This document shows, one piece after another, positions 13,201-27,100 of a stretch of DNA of 63,051 nt. The stretch's first letter is position 1; the number at the start of each line of letters is the position of its first letter. The translations under genes and the position numbers were made by a program. Below the pieces are notes generated by a model. That model saw only the letters and a list, made by a program, of their open reading frames with translations, had not been told where the DNA came from and ran no database searches. Location of the stretch: positions 62,001 to 125,051 of the forward strand of contig JYFJ02000539.1 in the NCBI GenBank assembly GCA_000934665.2, in the 5' to 3' direction. This stretch comes from Catajapyx aquilonaris (Eukaryota).

Positions 13201-16200
13201 GGGCCTTCACCACCAAGGGCAACCTGAAGACGCACATGGGGGTCCACCGGGCCAAGCCTCCCATGAGGGTGCTCCACCAGTGCCCAGTCTGCCACAAGAA
13301 GTTCACCAACGCCCTGGTCCTCCAGCAGCACATCAGGCTTCACACCGGGGAGCCCACCGACCTGACCCCAGAGCAGATCCAGGCGGCAGAGGTCAAAGAC
13401 TTCCTACCCACGCTCTCCCTCCCTCCATTCCTTCAGGGTGGCTTCCCTCTGGGTGCATCCCCTCCTTTACCCGGACTCGGCCTGGGCCTGGGCGGCCCTC
13501 CCTTGGGGCTGGTCAAGCGGGAGGACCCCGACTTCAAAGACGATTACGACAAGGACGGGTGCAGCGCCAGTGCCAGCGGAGGCGACAAGACCCCGTCCAC
13601 CCCGGGCATCCCCATCTCAGCCGCATCCTTATCCACATCCCTTGCCGCGCTGGAGAACCAAGTCCGCACCATCAACACCCTGGCATCCGAGTTCTCACCC
13701 GGGATGCGGGCAGCAGAAGACCTGTCGGCTCCAAAGAGACACCAAAGGCGTCACCACAACCACCACCCCCACCGCCACCACCACCCGGGGGAGTTCGTCA
13801 ATGGAGACAAATCCCCGACGCCGATGTCGCCCACCCGCAGCTTCTCCGAGTCCGAAATCTCTGGAGAGACCCACTCCGACGGCCGGCTGACCCCTAAGTC
13901 TCCGCCGTCCCAACAGCAGCATCAGGGAGGGGGTCCGCCTTCGCAGCAGCAGAGATTGACGCCACGACTGAGCCCTCCTGTGTCCACCTCCTCCGGTCCC
14001 CCGACCACAGGCCCTTCCCCCTCGGCGCCCCTGGGCCCCCCTGCCCCTAGCCCTGCCCCGTCATCCGTCCCTACCTCGTCCTCCTCATCAGCACCCAGCA
14101 ACCCTGCTGCTCATCGCCCCCCAACCTCCCAAGCCCCTTCAACCCAGGGCACAACCCAAGAGCTGGGAGGTGCCCTGGACCTGACCCCTCGCAGCAGCAC
14201 CTCCATGTTCTCAGGCTTCGGTATGCTGCCCGCCTCGCCGCTCATGAGTTCCGCCCTGTCATCCCTGACTTCGTCGGTCCTCACGTCGCCCGCCTTCAAT
14301 CCCATGAACCTTCCCATGGGACCCTCAGGTAGGCGTAAGTAGCTCTCCAATTTCGGATGTCTGAAAATCATAACAGAGAAACCAAGTGGGCAGGCAGGCC
14401 TTTGCTGGAAACATACCACGGGCTCTCTCTCTCTCTTATCTCTCTGTTTGCCGTACCTTCTCCTCCTCTCTTATGACCGTCAGCGTCCGTGTAACTGGCA
14501 CCTGGAGACTACCTTTTTTACTTTGCCATCCTCTGCATTCAGTTTGGTTGAACATCTTGTCATCATTTTCTTCTCATGTGGCTTTTAAAACCTCCAGATT
14601 TCATGAGAGAACCAATGTCAACATGGCCTTGTGATAAGCAAAGAAAATAATGGCAAGTTGATAAACTGGTTAACATATAAGTCTCTGGCTCCTGCTCCAT
14701 GATATTCCATTATACATGTAATCCACCATAATACAGCATGTATTTGTAACATGCCATTGCAGTTAATAAGATCAGAAAAAGCTACCATGTTGCAAAATTA
14801 GGCATTTACACTATGTAGATTTTGTTCCCTCATTATTTTACTACCCTGGTAAACTGTCGACAGAAGCCATTTACTGAACTAAAAATAGTGACAAACTGTT
14901 TCTAACTGATTTGGTTGTGTTCCATTAATTGTGATAGAAATCTGTACACAGCTCTACCATCTCCTTGGCAAAACGCCCTGCAAAGTGCAAACATTTACTA
15001 TGTGTTGTCTACCTAAGACAACCATGATTACAGTATTCTTAAATGAAGACATGTTTGCCCCTAAAATCATAAACGAGAGCCACATATATTGGTCCCATTT
15101 AATTCAGTGACATGACCTGAACCTCTCCTGGACCTTTCCCATATCAAGGTGGAGTGTTCCCTCTCAAAAAATGCCAGTAGCCTGCATGACACAGGCTAAC
15201 TGAATGTGAGCTAGTGAGACTTACATGTTTACGCCATCAAATTTTGCATGTATGTGTTCCCAGAAACATTTTATATGTGGCATGTATTTGGCAGTATATG
15301 TTGATTTGGTCTGTTTACATCTGTACTCTGTCAAAAAATATGCCATTAAGATTTAGTACATTTAGAACGTACTAAGCAAATTATGCAATATTATTACTGC
15401 TTACAATATGCTACCTGTGAATTATTGAAGGCTTCATGTGCTACTGCAATATCAGCGTAATAAATTCACTGTAGCTTGCTTTGGAATACAACGTATTGAA
15501 AAAGACCAACAAGCTTGCGCTTTTTGATGTTTTGCAACTGTTGAAACCACATCCTTGATACCATTGTCTATATTTTTCAGAAGCGAGGGGAAACACAACG
15601 TGTAACATCTGCTTCAAGACCTTCGCCTGCAACTCCGCTCTGGAGATCCACTACCGCAGTCACACCAAGGAGAGGCCCTTCAAGTGCAACGTCTGTGACC
15701 GTGGATTTTCCACCAAGGTAAATATGGTAATCCAAACTGGCATTCTTAAAAAAAAAAATCTGCACCCACTTAGTTTTTGCATATACAGTTTAACAATGAC
15801 ACCCTAATAATGTCTGTCCACCGCAGGGCAATATGAAGCAGCACATGTTGACTCACAAGATCCGAGACATGCCTTCCCACCTGTTTGAGAGTGGGCCAAA
15901 ACTTGGGCCGCCAGACAAGTTGGGAGCTCCTGGGATGGTGTCAGTACCACTGCCCTCATCAAACATGAGCGGGACTGAGGTCAAGTCATCGGAAGATATG
16001 GGAATCAAGTCACAGGACACAGGAATCAAGAGGTCTCCACCAGAAACCGAGGGTCTAATACCTATACCGAAGAGGCCTCCAGGTGAGACTTATCCATCTG
16101 GCATGATGACCACTAATCACTCACAATTCTTGGGCCTCAGCTTTGGATTCTTACGTTAGTGTTTGAGTAAATCTAACAAGCTGAATTTTTTCCTCCCCTG

Positions 16201-19200
16201 ACTGTGTCACTAACCATTTGCTTTACTCTTAAATCCTTGAGAGCTTGAGTATTTTTGTGTGCAGAAGTGCGCATTGTAATCTCTGTTCCATTCAGTCTGA
16301 AAGCTTATTTTGAATTCTGAATTTTAAAGGAAAATAAAAGTGAGCTACATGTGTTCAGGCAAACCTGCATGTCACACTTGAAACCAAAGCCTGATTACTT
16401 ATTAGTTCTTGCGCACAATCTTTCTAGATGCTGCTGTATGCCTACTCTTGTGTAGTTATTTTGGACTGTTGTAACTTGAGCAGTAGTGAAGGCCATGATA
16501 TAAGAATAAAATTCTTGACCTTGACACTCAAGGAAACAAGGAAAAACTGTCTTCTTCCAGCATAGTTGCCAAGGAATGGTACCAATCATTTGCGTTTTTC
16601 TATTATGTTAATTGCAGGTTTGCCTAAGCACATGTGCCATGTTTGCAATAAGAACTTCTCCTCCTCGTCGGCACTGCAGATACACATGCGCACACATACG
16701 GGCGACAAGCCCTTCAAGTGCACGATCTGTCAAAAAGCCTTCACCACAAAGGGCAACCTCAAGGTAAAGAGACCCGTTTTGGTGTCCAATTTCCAGCTAT
16801 CTCTGCATGCTAGCTATTATGACCAAAAGAGATCCAAGTCCAGTTCACCCATGGGAGCCTGGGATAGCCTCAAAAGCAAGATCTTGTTGGGAATGGTTTC
16901 TTCAACTGTGCATGGGTGATTGATGTCTTTAACTCTGTAACAACGTTGATGGTGACTGTCGCTATTTAAGAACCGCCACTCTTGTGGAGATCTTGGTTTT
17001 GGGCTCACCTGGTATCATAGGCCTTCCTTCACTGCCTTTGTACAAATGCGTAAATAAATAAAATCTCTCGCAATAATCCTAAATTCACAACCATGTGAAG
17101 AGGCCAAATTAGTGCGTCCATGTGTAAGCATATAAAAAAACGGGGGGGTTCCATAGTAGCAGGGCTTGAAATTAATTTGTACAAATTTGAATCTGGCTTT
17201 CCCTGTTTCTTTTATCGTTGAGAAGTTATTTTCCGTGCAGGGCAAACTACAAATGTTGCATGTGTGGCCTGGATTACTTGGGCCCACTGTCTGACCCTCT
17301 TTCCTTCGTGTTAATTCACACACAGCATAACTGCACACATAGTGGACAAGAGGCAAAGAGGAGGGGGAAGAAAAAAGACCCATCCACTCCCCATCAGACA
17401 AGACCTCCCAAAAGGAAATTTCAAGGCCTGCTCCAAAACCCCTTTTTGACTCAATACCTACAGCAGCTAGCAAACCTTTCTGGTAATGTTCCTGCCAATC
17501 CTGCACCTTCGGTAAGGCACACAAGAAGTACCTTGACTACCTTCAAAAAAACAGATGGCAAAAGATCCCCCCAAAAAAGAATCAGTCACTTGGCCATATT
17601 TGCGGCTCTTTTGCTACCAACAGTCCACCCTTGCAAAGTGGATGCAACTTCTTAAATCATTTCTCTCACTAGTGCATGGGCAGGCTAGGGTGTACCACCG
17701 CTTCATTCTTCCCAAATGTACAAAAGGACGTTTCAATTCTGCACCTGACATGCATGTTGCGGATGGGTGGAACTAGCTCCTTTCTGCCAGGCAGGGCGTG
17801 ATCATCAAGCCCACTTGATGCCTTATTAGAAATGTGCCAAAAAGGAGCAAATTCTGCCTTGGGAGATAAATCACCTTCCACCTGATCCCCACTTCCTGCG
17901 AGACTGGACCGTTGGTGCATACCAATCAAACTCATCAACCGAGTCAAAAATCAAGCATGAACACCCCATTGATTTGGATGCAGTACTTTAATTAGGCAGA
18001 AGCCACCTGTTTCTTGCTTGTAAGACACTCTGGTAAAAGTGTGGCAGCTAAAAAAAAAAGGTGAATGTGTGTTGGTTTGTGACCCTGCAGGTGCACATGG
18101 GTACTCACGTGTGGAACAACGGAACCTCCCGCCGAGGCCGCAGAATGTCTCTGGAGCTGGCCCCCATCCCCATGAGTCCCAAGGATTCAGAGTTCCTACA
18201 ACGACGTCCAGACCTTTTCTATCCATATCTTCCAACACCGTTTCTTAATGGGCTGCAACCAAAGGTGAGTTGTACTTCCTGGAAAATACGTTTTGAAAAG
18301 CTGCTACTCAGGGTTGTATAATGTTCGTTCGAATCATCGAGGTTTACTGCATTGTAACAGCTACTTGGAATATGTTGCAATGTAAATTCAAGCGTACTGC
18401 TGAAGTAGTAGAACAACTTAATTGCAGTTGTGAACTCTTTTTTGTAGTTAACAGGTGAATACAAAATAGATTCAAATCACATTATATTAATTTGAAGAAA
18501 CAAAACCCTTATTCCATGTAGCATTCTAATGGCATATTCTGTGAGTCTGTCAAGTGGCACAAACTGTGAACATTTATTTTGATATTGACAATGATGTCAC
18601 ACAACACTATGTAACATTTTTGTCAAACAATTTTGTTATGCATAATATTGTTTCACACATTAAAACAAATTGCAAGTTTTAAATATATTTACAAGAAATC
18701 ATTAGTAAATGGCATATGATAAAAGGGGACATCCTGTGTGTGCAACTCACTGTGAAAATTACCTGTACCTTCCCATCTGCGAATCACACAATACACATGT
18801 TAGCATGCTTACTTGTAGAAGGATACTCACACCTGTCCAGTATGGTACCATAAACCCTAAACATATTTCCCAACTTCAATGACTCGGACCACAAAGTGAT
18901 GACCTTCAGTTAGAACTTGGACATGTCTAAACAGACAGCACGTGTTTTCCTAGTGTTTTCATGCTTGTTTCAATCCTTACTGAGGCTGTCCTGGCTTGTG
19001 CTCACACATTTGATTTGATAGCCAGATGATGCAACTGTCAAATTGGTATGGGGCAGAGAGGGGTTATCTGAAAAAGAAAATGGGCTAGGAGAGGACAGGC
19101 ATTGGCAAACTGCACCTGCCTTCATGAGTCACTCCTCAGTGCTTCTTATAAAAATTGTTAAAAAAACCACCCCCTGTTGATGGCGCCAAGTCTCACCACA

Positions 19201-20680
19201 TCACCTTACCATTGTTCAGAGTTGTACAGATAATTTTGTGTATCTGTAGCCACCTCAAGCCAGTCATTCCCAGCATGTTGCTATCCGCTTGCCAGTTTCA
19301 ACCATCACAGTAATTCAGATCGGTGAATTGAATGCCTCAGGTCTATAACATTAATGTAATTCATGCTACAGGAAGTCTATGAATAATGCCTAATCACACT
19401 TCCCCCATTATTTTATTCTTAACTGAATTTCCATCTTCAGCACTTCATGGTACAACATCTGCTAGACTCACTTCAAAAGTAGGCCAAGTTTATGGTAAGA
19501 AGAGAATAAAATAAAACACTCCTTTCCAATTTCACACCAAAGTTATTGTCAGGAATGTTACAATCATGTTTCCATTGAACTGCACTTCAAATACCTAGTC
19601 CCTTTACAAATACAAAATATTACTACAGTCTACAATCTTCTATGAACGTGTTTCACCCACGATATCAGTAAAAGTTATGCAAGTTATCCATGTCCTCATC
19701 AGCTGTTGCAATAAATAGGCGATGGCCAATTGAACTGAGGCATTTGTAATTCAGATGTTTCTGATGCTACACTGGCTTGCTTAATTTTTAACTTGCATTG
19801 AGAACTGAAGTTTATTATGAGATATAACTGTTAAAAATTCATTTTTTAACATATAAATGGTGAATTAATGTGTGCTAATAAATACATACTAGGATCAACT
19901 TTTAAAATGATTTTTTTCAACTGCAATGGTGAACGAGAAGAACTTTGTACAATAACTGCCGACATCCCAGTACGAATGTCTGGCCCTGGTGTGATCCATC
20001 ATACCTCCAACATCCTTCACACCAATTCACTGCTCAAGGACAGATCGGGCAATTGTTTTGGGGAGAGAAGTGGTGTTGGAGGTTTGGGCCAAGGGATTGC
20101 GCAAAGTTCTTCTTGTCGTGCATCTACTGCAGCCTGTATAATTTCCAATTACACATGCAATGAGGTGAACCTAATTATGTTTCTCTTAAAATGCCACACT
20201 TTCTCTTGAGTTACACAGAACATGCCAAATACAGTAAAACCTCGAAGAGACCTGTGCTCGACCCTATTTGACATTTCATTTTTTCAACAGCTGAATGAGA
20301 TCTCCGTGATCCAGAATGCAAGCACCAACAACGGTAGCACCTTCTCTCCATCCCTGAGCAAGATCAGCCCCTTGCATATCCCCCCAAGCGGAAGTGGAGA
20401 TGAACCTTCTAGTGGTGGGGGCAGGTCGGAACCACCCCCGCCACCACCTCCACCTCCTCCGCCCCCGCCCCCGCCACCACCCTACCGGCAAGAGATGTCT
20501 TCGTCACCAGATGCCTCCCCGACTGGTGGTTCGTCGTCACCAACCCCGGAAGGGGAAAAGGAGAGGGACAATGCACCCTGGGTCTGGAAGATGCATTATG
20601 AGCAGACGGGAGATCCAAAGATTAAGGAGGAGCTGGCCACCGTTTCGCCGCCTAGGTCGTCCGAAAGCTTGCCTGCTTGA
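10288..20680 (+). CDS. salm: Spalt/Sal-like (SALL) C2H2 zinc-finger transcription factor; 5' exon missing
   Basis: Exons 10288-14328, 15581-15717, 15827-16082, 16618-16763, 18091-18264, 20291-20680, all GT-AG and phase-consistent (~1714 aa visible). Contains an N-terminal C2HC finger ([10 protein letters not shown]...HKRQC), a Q-rich region, four finger clusters with SAL-box F[TS]TKGN[LM]K, and the RRGRRMSLE and NEISVIQ C-terminal motifs. Orthology to salm versus salr is not resolvable. Confidence 0.96.
17326..17511 (+). CDS. Candidate alternative spalt exon (phase 0/0, 62 codons)
   Basis: ctgac + pyrimidine tract + cacag acceptor, TCG|gtaagg donor, open frame [17 protein letters not shown]...NPFL resembling the neighbouring exon [18 protein letters not shown]...TPFL. 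Confidence 0.45.
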
Positions 20681-23600
20681 AGATAGAGTTGGCAACTAGA
20701 GAGTACAACTGACATATCCCAAGCGACAGGCAAATGACTTGGAAGTGTGCAGAACTTTATATGCATGGGGAAGTGGGAAGAGAAAGAAAAATGAGGCAGT
20801 ATTGTTCCTATTTGAAACTAGTCTTGATAAGTGAAGGAGGGGTGAAAAGGGAAGATGTACAGAGTTGGTTAACACACAGGAGATATCACCTGCTTGTGTA
20901 TGATCTCTAATTTTCAGCCAAATAAGGTGACACAAGGAAAATACCCAAACATGTGATACATCGAATATTAGAGAGGACGGTATGACAGCACACATGCAGG
21001 TGAATGTCGAAAGTTCACGTGAGAGAAAAAAGCAAACCAAAAATCCCTGTGACTGGGATTAGAAGAGAGTTACCTGACCTGCTATTGACTACTTAAGACG
21101 CTCTTTTTATCACAGCAGGGTTTAACTGCCACATCACAATCACCGTGTCAGTCAATGATATTAATATTTAAAGATTATTATTATTAATTATTATTATTAT
21201 ATAAATATGTGAGGAAGAGGAGGCAGACGCTACGTGCTTCTCGAAATGCAGTGGAGACGATTTTTCCGCTTTCGATGTTGCAGTCCAAAAAAGCAAAAAA
21301 GTGTGTGTTTTTGCTCAGTAATTGAGACCTACTGACATAACTGTTGTTATTTAAAGCCCCCTCAATTCTTTTTGTTACTGTACAGTTGTCGGCGACAGAA
21401 TTTCATGCTCTCACCAGAATTTTTTTTACCAGGCGAACAAAGATGTGGATGGCCAAAACAAAACTTTTCATCGAGAGCTGAAATTCTAACTTCATGAAAA
21501 AAAAATATCTGTAGACAAAGTGTACATGTGTATGGTAGCCAACTTGTTGCTAATATTTTGTAACAAAAGAAAAGTGCACCGGAAAAAAAAGGATTGTGGA
21601 AATCATTAGTTCAGTCACAATTACACTGTGCATATAGTGCAGATGAGGGGATTATACATATTATATATATAAAAAGAAGCAAACATGAGGTTTCGGAACG
21701 GAGCATTTTTGAGGCACGTGTGTGCAACTGACATGTGTATATAATAACATACATGAAAAACAGGAGGGAGAGCCTTCAAAATTGGTCTATTCCTAACCAC
21801 CACTTTCCATTGAGATTATCACTTAGACTAGGTGGAAGAAATGAAAATATGTGGAAAAGGTAACGTGCCCCCCCTACCCGACCCCAACCCCTTTTCCCCA
21901 TCTTGAAGTTTGGAAGAAAGAAAAAAAAGTGCTTTGTAAATGGTACTTTCAGCCATGTCCCTGTGAACCTGTAACAATTTTGTCCTTGTCAGTATAATTA
22001 GGCACATTGTTGATATAGAGAGCTAGAAGAAAAGTGGAAGAAAATACAAAGTTACCCCACATCCTGACCCTTTGACAAAAAAATAATAATCCAATGTCAC
22101 TAGTACTGTGTGGTTCCTACCCTCTCCTGCCCAACAAAAAATATTTATAAAATCCACAACCTCTGTCCATTTTTTTTTTCTTCAGTGGTAGGGCAATTTC
22201 TGGTTAACATGTGTCCTGAATGTACTCATTGCATTTGAAATTCTCTCTCTCTCCATCTAACCCATCTATCTCTCAAACTCTCTCTTGATCTCAGAACTAC
22301 CTCACCGGATAACACAAACGCAAACAATACAGGAATTTATTTAATAGCACAGGTTATCTTAGTATGGAAAAAAATAATCCCCAGTTCATTTTCAGTTTGG
22401 TTGTAGAGAGAAAATTTCTTTGCACGTTATGTAACATTTTTTGTACGACTCCCCATTGCAATTTACGTGTGCCGATCTGCCATCATTCCTAGCAGAAATG
22501 TAGAAACCATATCATTTTTCTTTTTAAACCACATCCATCAATGTATTTTTTAAAAGGAAAAGACTATGCCTGCTAGGAACATTAGGCACATGGAATCACA
22601 GTAAACCAAACTTTTTTATGGGGCTAGAAGGTTCTAATTCCACTCAGTTGGCCTTCTGGTTGACACACAATTTACGCTTATTTCTTAACTGAAATCAATT
22701 TTTGAAACAAATAAAAAAAGACAGTCGAGCATGCTTCCATATGCTAGGCGGAAAAGAAATTGTCTCTACATTTCCTTCAAGCGCACAGTTCTGACCATTT
22801 GGTATGTGTTATGTTGAGGTTTGCATCAAATAAGGCTGGAAACTTTTGTTCTTGTTTTCTTGATTTTTAAAATGTATGTGTCCCTAATTTATATTTCTAC
22901 TGTAGGATTGTCTTAAATACAGACCTGATTAAGGCAAAGAAGAAAAAACATAAGTTATGTACCCTAGCCTTCTATTTGTGAGTGGACACCACCATGGAGT
23001 TCATTATTACGACAGTAAGGAGAAGCAAGCAAAATGCCACTGGACGTACAAAATTTACTCTGATAAATTTAAGGGGCGAAAAACAATTTGCACATTGGAA
23101 AATACAACCTCCAGTATGGCTGCACTTTTGGGGATGGGACTTGTGGTGTATTTGCGACTGTGATACCCAAACCCTGTTAGTCATGGGCCAATTTTTAAAA
23201 TCATTCCAGCAGTGTTGAAGCACAACTTGACTCTCTGGTGACCATTTACAAGTGTGAGGCTATGGGAACAGGCAGAGATTAAAACTCACCTGTGTTTCAT
23301 TGTTTGGTTCTTTTTTTGTTATGAAACTACTTTTAAAAATGCCAGAAGGTAAACACAAGCCAACCCTACACCCCAATCATCCAATTTTATCTTGTTACTT
23401 TTCCCTCTTTTTATGACTCATTTGAGATCCTACCTGAAGACAAGGAGAGATGCTATTTTTATAATGTTCTACAATAGCCCTTTTGGTAGGATCTCGAAAT
23501 TTAAAATGAAAAACTTGCAATAGAACACCCCCGCCCCTCAGTGCCCAACCCTCTCAACAAAACAAAAAAATACCAAAAAATCTCCTCCCAATGTGTTTGT

Positions 23601-24133
23601 AGATTCGTGTCCTCATCAAATGCAATGTATTGCCACAGATTTTTTGACTGTAGTAAAGTTTTACGATGAACCATTGTGCACAAGTGGCTTAATTCCTACT
23701 TCCCCCCCTCAAGTGTGTTCTAGAATGTCCATGTCCAACAATTTATTTTCACAAAAAAAGAAGATCCATTTGCTCTGCATAAATACCACATTGGTTAATG
23801 TTTCTTAACTCCATATCAACTTGATCCATTTGTACAGCAACTATTGTCACCCAAGTTAAAGTATTAAATTGCAAACAAGGAAGCACTGTTAGTTATTTCC
23901 AGCTAGCAATTGCAACTGGATATAAAAGGAAGCACAATAACTTCTGGAAGATGGGTTAGCTTTCAATTAAACATTTGAAAAAAAAAAAAATCCTCTCAGA
24001 TCACTTGCCCAGTGACTACACCTTGTATAAAATATCACAGTGATAAAGGCAGCACAGTTTGCAATATCAATCTCAACTAATGCCTAAAAAAACCCCAACA
24101 CCTGCATTTCTTTGAAAGCAACCCGTACATATT

Positions 24134-27100
24134 CTAATGGCAGTAGTTGCAATTTGGGTGACACTTAATGCCGTTGATGCCACACTTGCACCCAGCTGAA
24201 GTGTCACCTTTCCCCTGAAAAATAAGGGTGTACAAGAGTGTCATTGAAAGATAGAGGGGAATAAGACTAATTACTCACAGCTGGTCCCCAGCGTGGACCT
24301 TTAGTGACCCAGCAGATCTCAGTCTTGCACATGGAGCATCGAACCCAGTCACAGCCCCATTTTTTCAGGAGGACAACCTGGCATGTTGGGCAAGGAAGGG
24401 CTTCCCCTCGGTGAAGCATCTCCTGCAAAGATTTTCGTTTGACGTGACAAATGCTCACCATGCAGGCACCGCCTAAGTCATGCAAGTGTTACAAACCCAA
24501 CCATTTTTCATCCCAAGGCATGAATCCAATTAAATTTTACCCAACACAGAACTCTTGGTCAATATACTTTTTTGTTCAACTGATGGTAGACCATGGTCTA
24601 CTCTACTCGAGTGCTGAACCTGGATTTGGTCTTGGGATAAAATTTCATTGTATAAGATGCCTGGATGAAAATGGCTTGAGCAAAGTGGTACAATAACCAG
24701 ATGCAAGGTACAATGCGGGTTAAAAGTTCACCTCTATCATTTCCCGTGTACGCCTGGCGTCCTCATTGGAAGCTGCTTCCCGCTGCATCTTCTCCTGGTA
24801 CTCCTTGCAATTCATGCCATGGTGAATGGACTGGAAATTCATCAAAAGTGATACAATAACTAGCTCATGGCTGTACTGTGACAACACATGCACCACTTTT
24901 AATACCTGGCAAGTGAGACAGTTGGTGAACAGGCAAACGGGGCACTCAAACTCATTCACATTGTCTTCATAGATGCACCACCCTCGGCAATCTGGCGTTT
25001 TGCAGTGGAAAGCATTCTGGATCTTGTTTTCAGCTTCAGTGATAGACTTGGCCAGGTGCTGTTCATACACATCTTCTGGTACGACCTGCAAAGTGTTTAA
25101 AAACATAAACAAGTTATTTAGCATTTTGTTAGTTGTGTACTGAGGTCAATACTCATTTGTAATTATTTACTCACTGCTTTAATTTCCCTGTCCTGCAAAA
25201 CTCCATCACATGCATAATCGGCATCTCGATATGGACACTTAACCTGTGCTTCTTCTGAGTATGCAATGGTATGTATCAAACAGTCCCTTATGACAAAAAG
25301 AAGTACGGTAAATATCAGGTGAGCATAGTCAAACATCAAGAAATTACAATGTGCACACTACTAATAACACAATATAAAATGTAGGTTGTACCTGCAAAAA
25401 TTGTGCAGACACTCTCGCAGCACAACTCCAGTTTGTGGGGGAACTACATTAAAGCAAATGGGACACTCAATTCTCTCTTGGTTTGGAATTATGTCATTAT
25501 TTTCTAGATCAACCATTCGCAGAAAATTCTCATAGCGTTCGGCTTCATGGTTCTCCTGTTCTGCTATGATAACCTGCAAAGCAAAACTGCGTCAGTTTGG
25601 GCAACATTCAATACTGTATTGTTGCTGTATGAATAAATATCCTCTTTATATCACTACCAAGGAATGTCTCGGTATAGGAGTTCTCTCGGATTTTGATTTT
25701 TAGATGCGAGTAAAATAATAATTTTAATACTCCTACAGCAAACCAGTGCTTGCAACAATGTAAAAATTACTTTGGAGGCATTGGGGCAAATTAATTTCAA
25801 ATTATATTTTCTTCTACTGCTCTCCCATGACTTCACCTTCTAATATTAACCAAAGGCCATTACAATAATATTGCAAAATGAGTAGAAACACGTAACAGAT
25901 ATCAGCAACAGATACAAGCAAACAAGACAAAAGAGAGACAAATACCTTCCACTGAGGATTCATGCATGTTTGTTTTGTTTTTTGACATCACATTGTGGAG
26001 CACTGATTCCTCAGATACTGCAAGTCAGAGAGATTGACATGTGTCCCACATTATTAGTCTCAAGCAAGAAATGTTATTCACAGAGGAAAAGAAGCCACAG
26101 TAAAAGGTGATTTGTGTGAGAGAAGGTTGCAGTCACACCTGTTCGAGTTCCTGCTCCTGTTTTGCCTCTCTCTGGGCCCTCTCCTGCTCAGCCTCAGTCA
26201 ACTGGTATCCTGCTGGAATCTTGTAATTAGCTGGCCTGTCGGCAGCACAGGCTTCACATCCAGGACGAGTCGGTTCATTTACAAGAGTACACACTTCACA
26301 CATCCATCCTTTAAGGAAATATTAATTCCTGCAGTCATTTGCAATACACTACACATGGCGATCTTCCGCCAAGAAATCAAGATGAACCTATAGGACACCT
26401 ATACACCCACTCTAATAATATTTATTCGAAATTGTTTCAAAATTGGCTATGGGTTGTTCCCACTGACAGTGCACTTGGTAGTGAACTTTCCAACTTTAGG
26501 GAGTCACTGAGCATGACAGGTTTTAGGCTTTGGTCACTTGGCACTTGAGAATGTGCATGAAAAATTGGGATGCTCAAAGTGCCAGGAAGAGACTGATGTT
26601 GAACAGAGTGGCTGTCTGAGCATTTCCCAGTACATACTAACCAACATTTGTGGAACAAGACCTAAGAAGATCACTGAATACATACCAAGCACTTCTTCCT
26701 CCTCACTTTCTTCCTCTTCCTCCTCCTCCTCCTCCTTGTCTTCAATGACACCACTTGGCTTCTCATCTGCATTTGTCATGCTTCCTGTCCCATTAGGAGC
26801 AGCTGATTTAATTTCCTCTTGATTTTCAGCACTTCCATCCTTCTGTGGAGTTGGTTCCCTGGTAATAAGCACAAATGATTTATAGCTAATCAGCAACTAA
26901 TGTATCAGGTCCAATAATACCTGGTGCTAGCTGAACTGGCAGAACTCGAGTCACAGTAACTGTAACGATCCTCCTCAAAGTTATAATAAAGACCTTTCCT
27001 CAGAGGAGAAGGTGCAGGTTTGGGTGGCGGAGATTTGGAAACACTGTTTTCCACTTCCTGTGTGGTGGTGACGACAGGCGCTTCTTCTGGGACAGGTTCT

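Noticed and set aside
10189..14419. Many overlapping antisense and alternate-frame ORFs (up to 265 aa) across spalt exon 2
   Set aside because: Expected shadows of a GC-rich, codon-biased exon; no recognisable domains.
20425..20483. CCN repeat encoding poly-proline in the last spalt exon
   Set aside because: Ordinary low-complexity coding sequence for a transcription factor.
26437..26658. ORF between RBCK1 exons as an additional exon
   Set aside because: Runs into a stop with no convincing donor, and the gene splices in frame without it.
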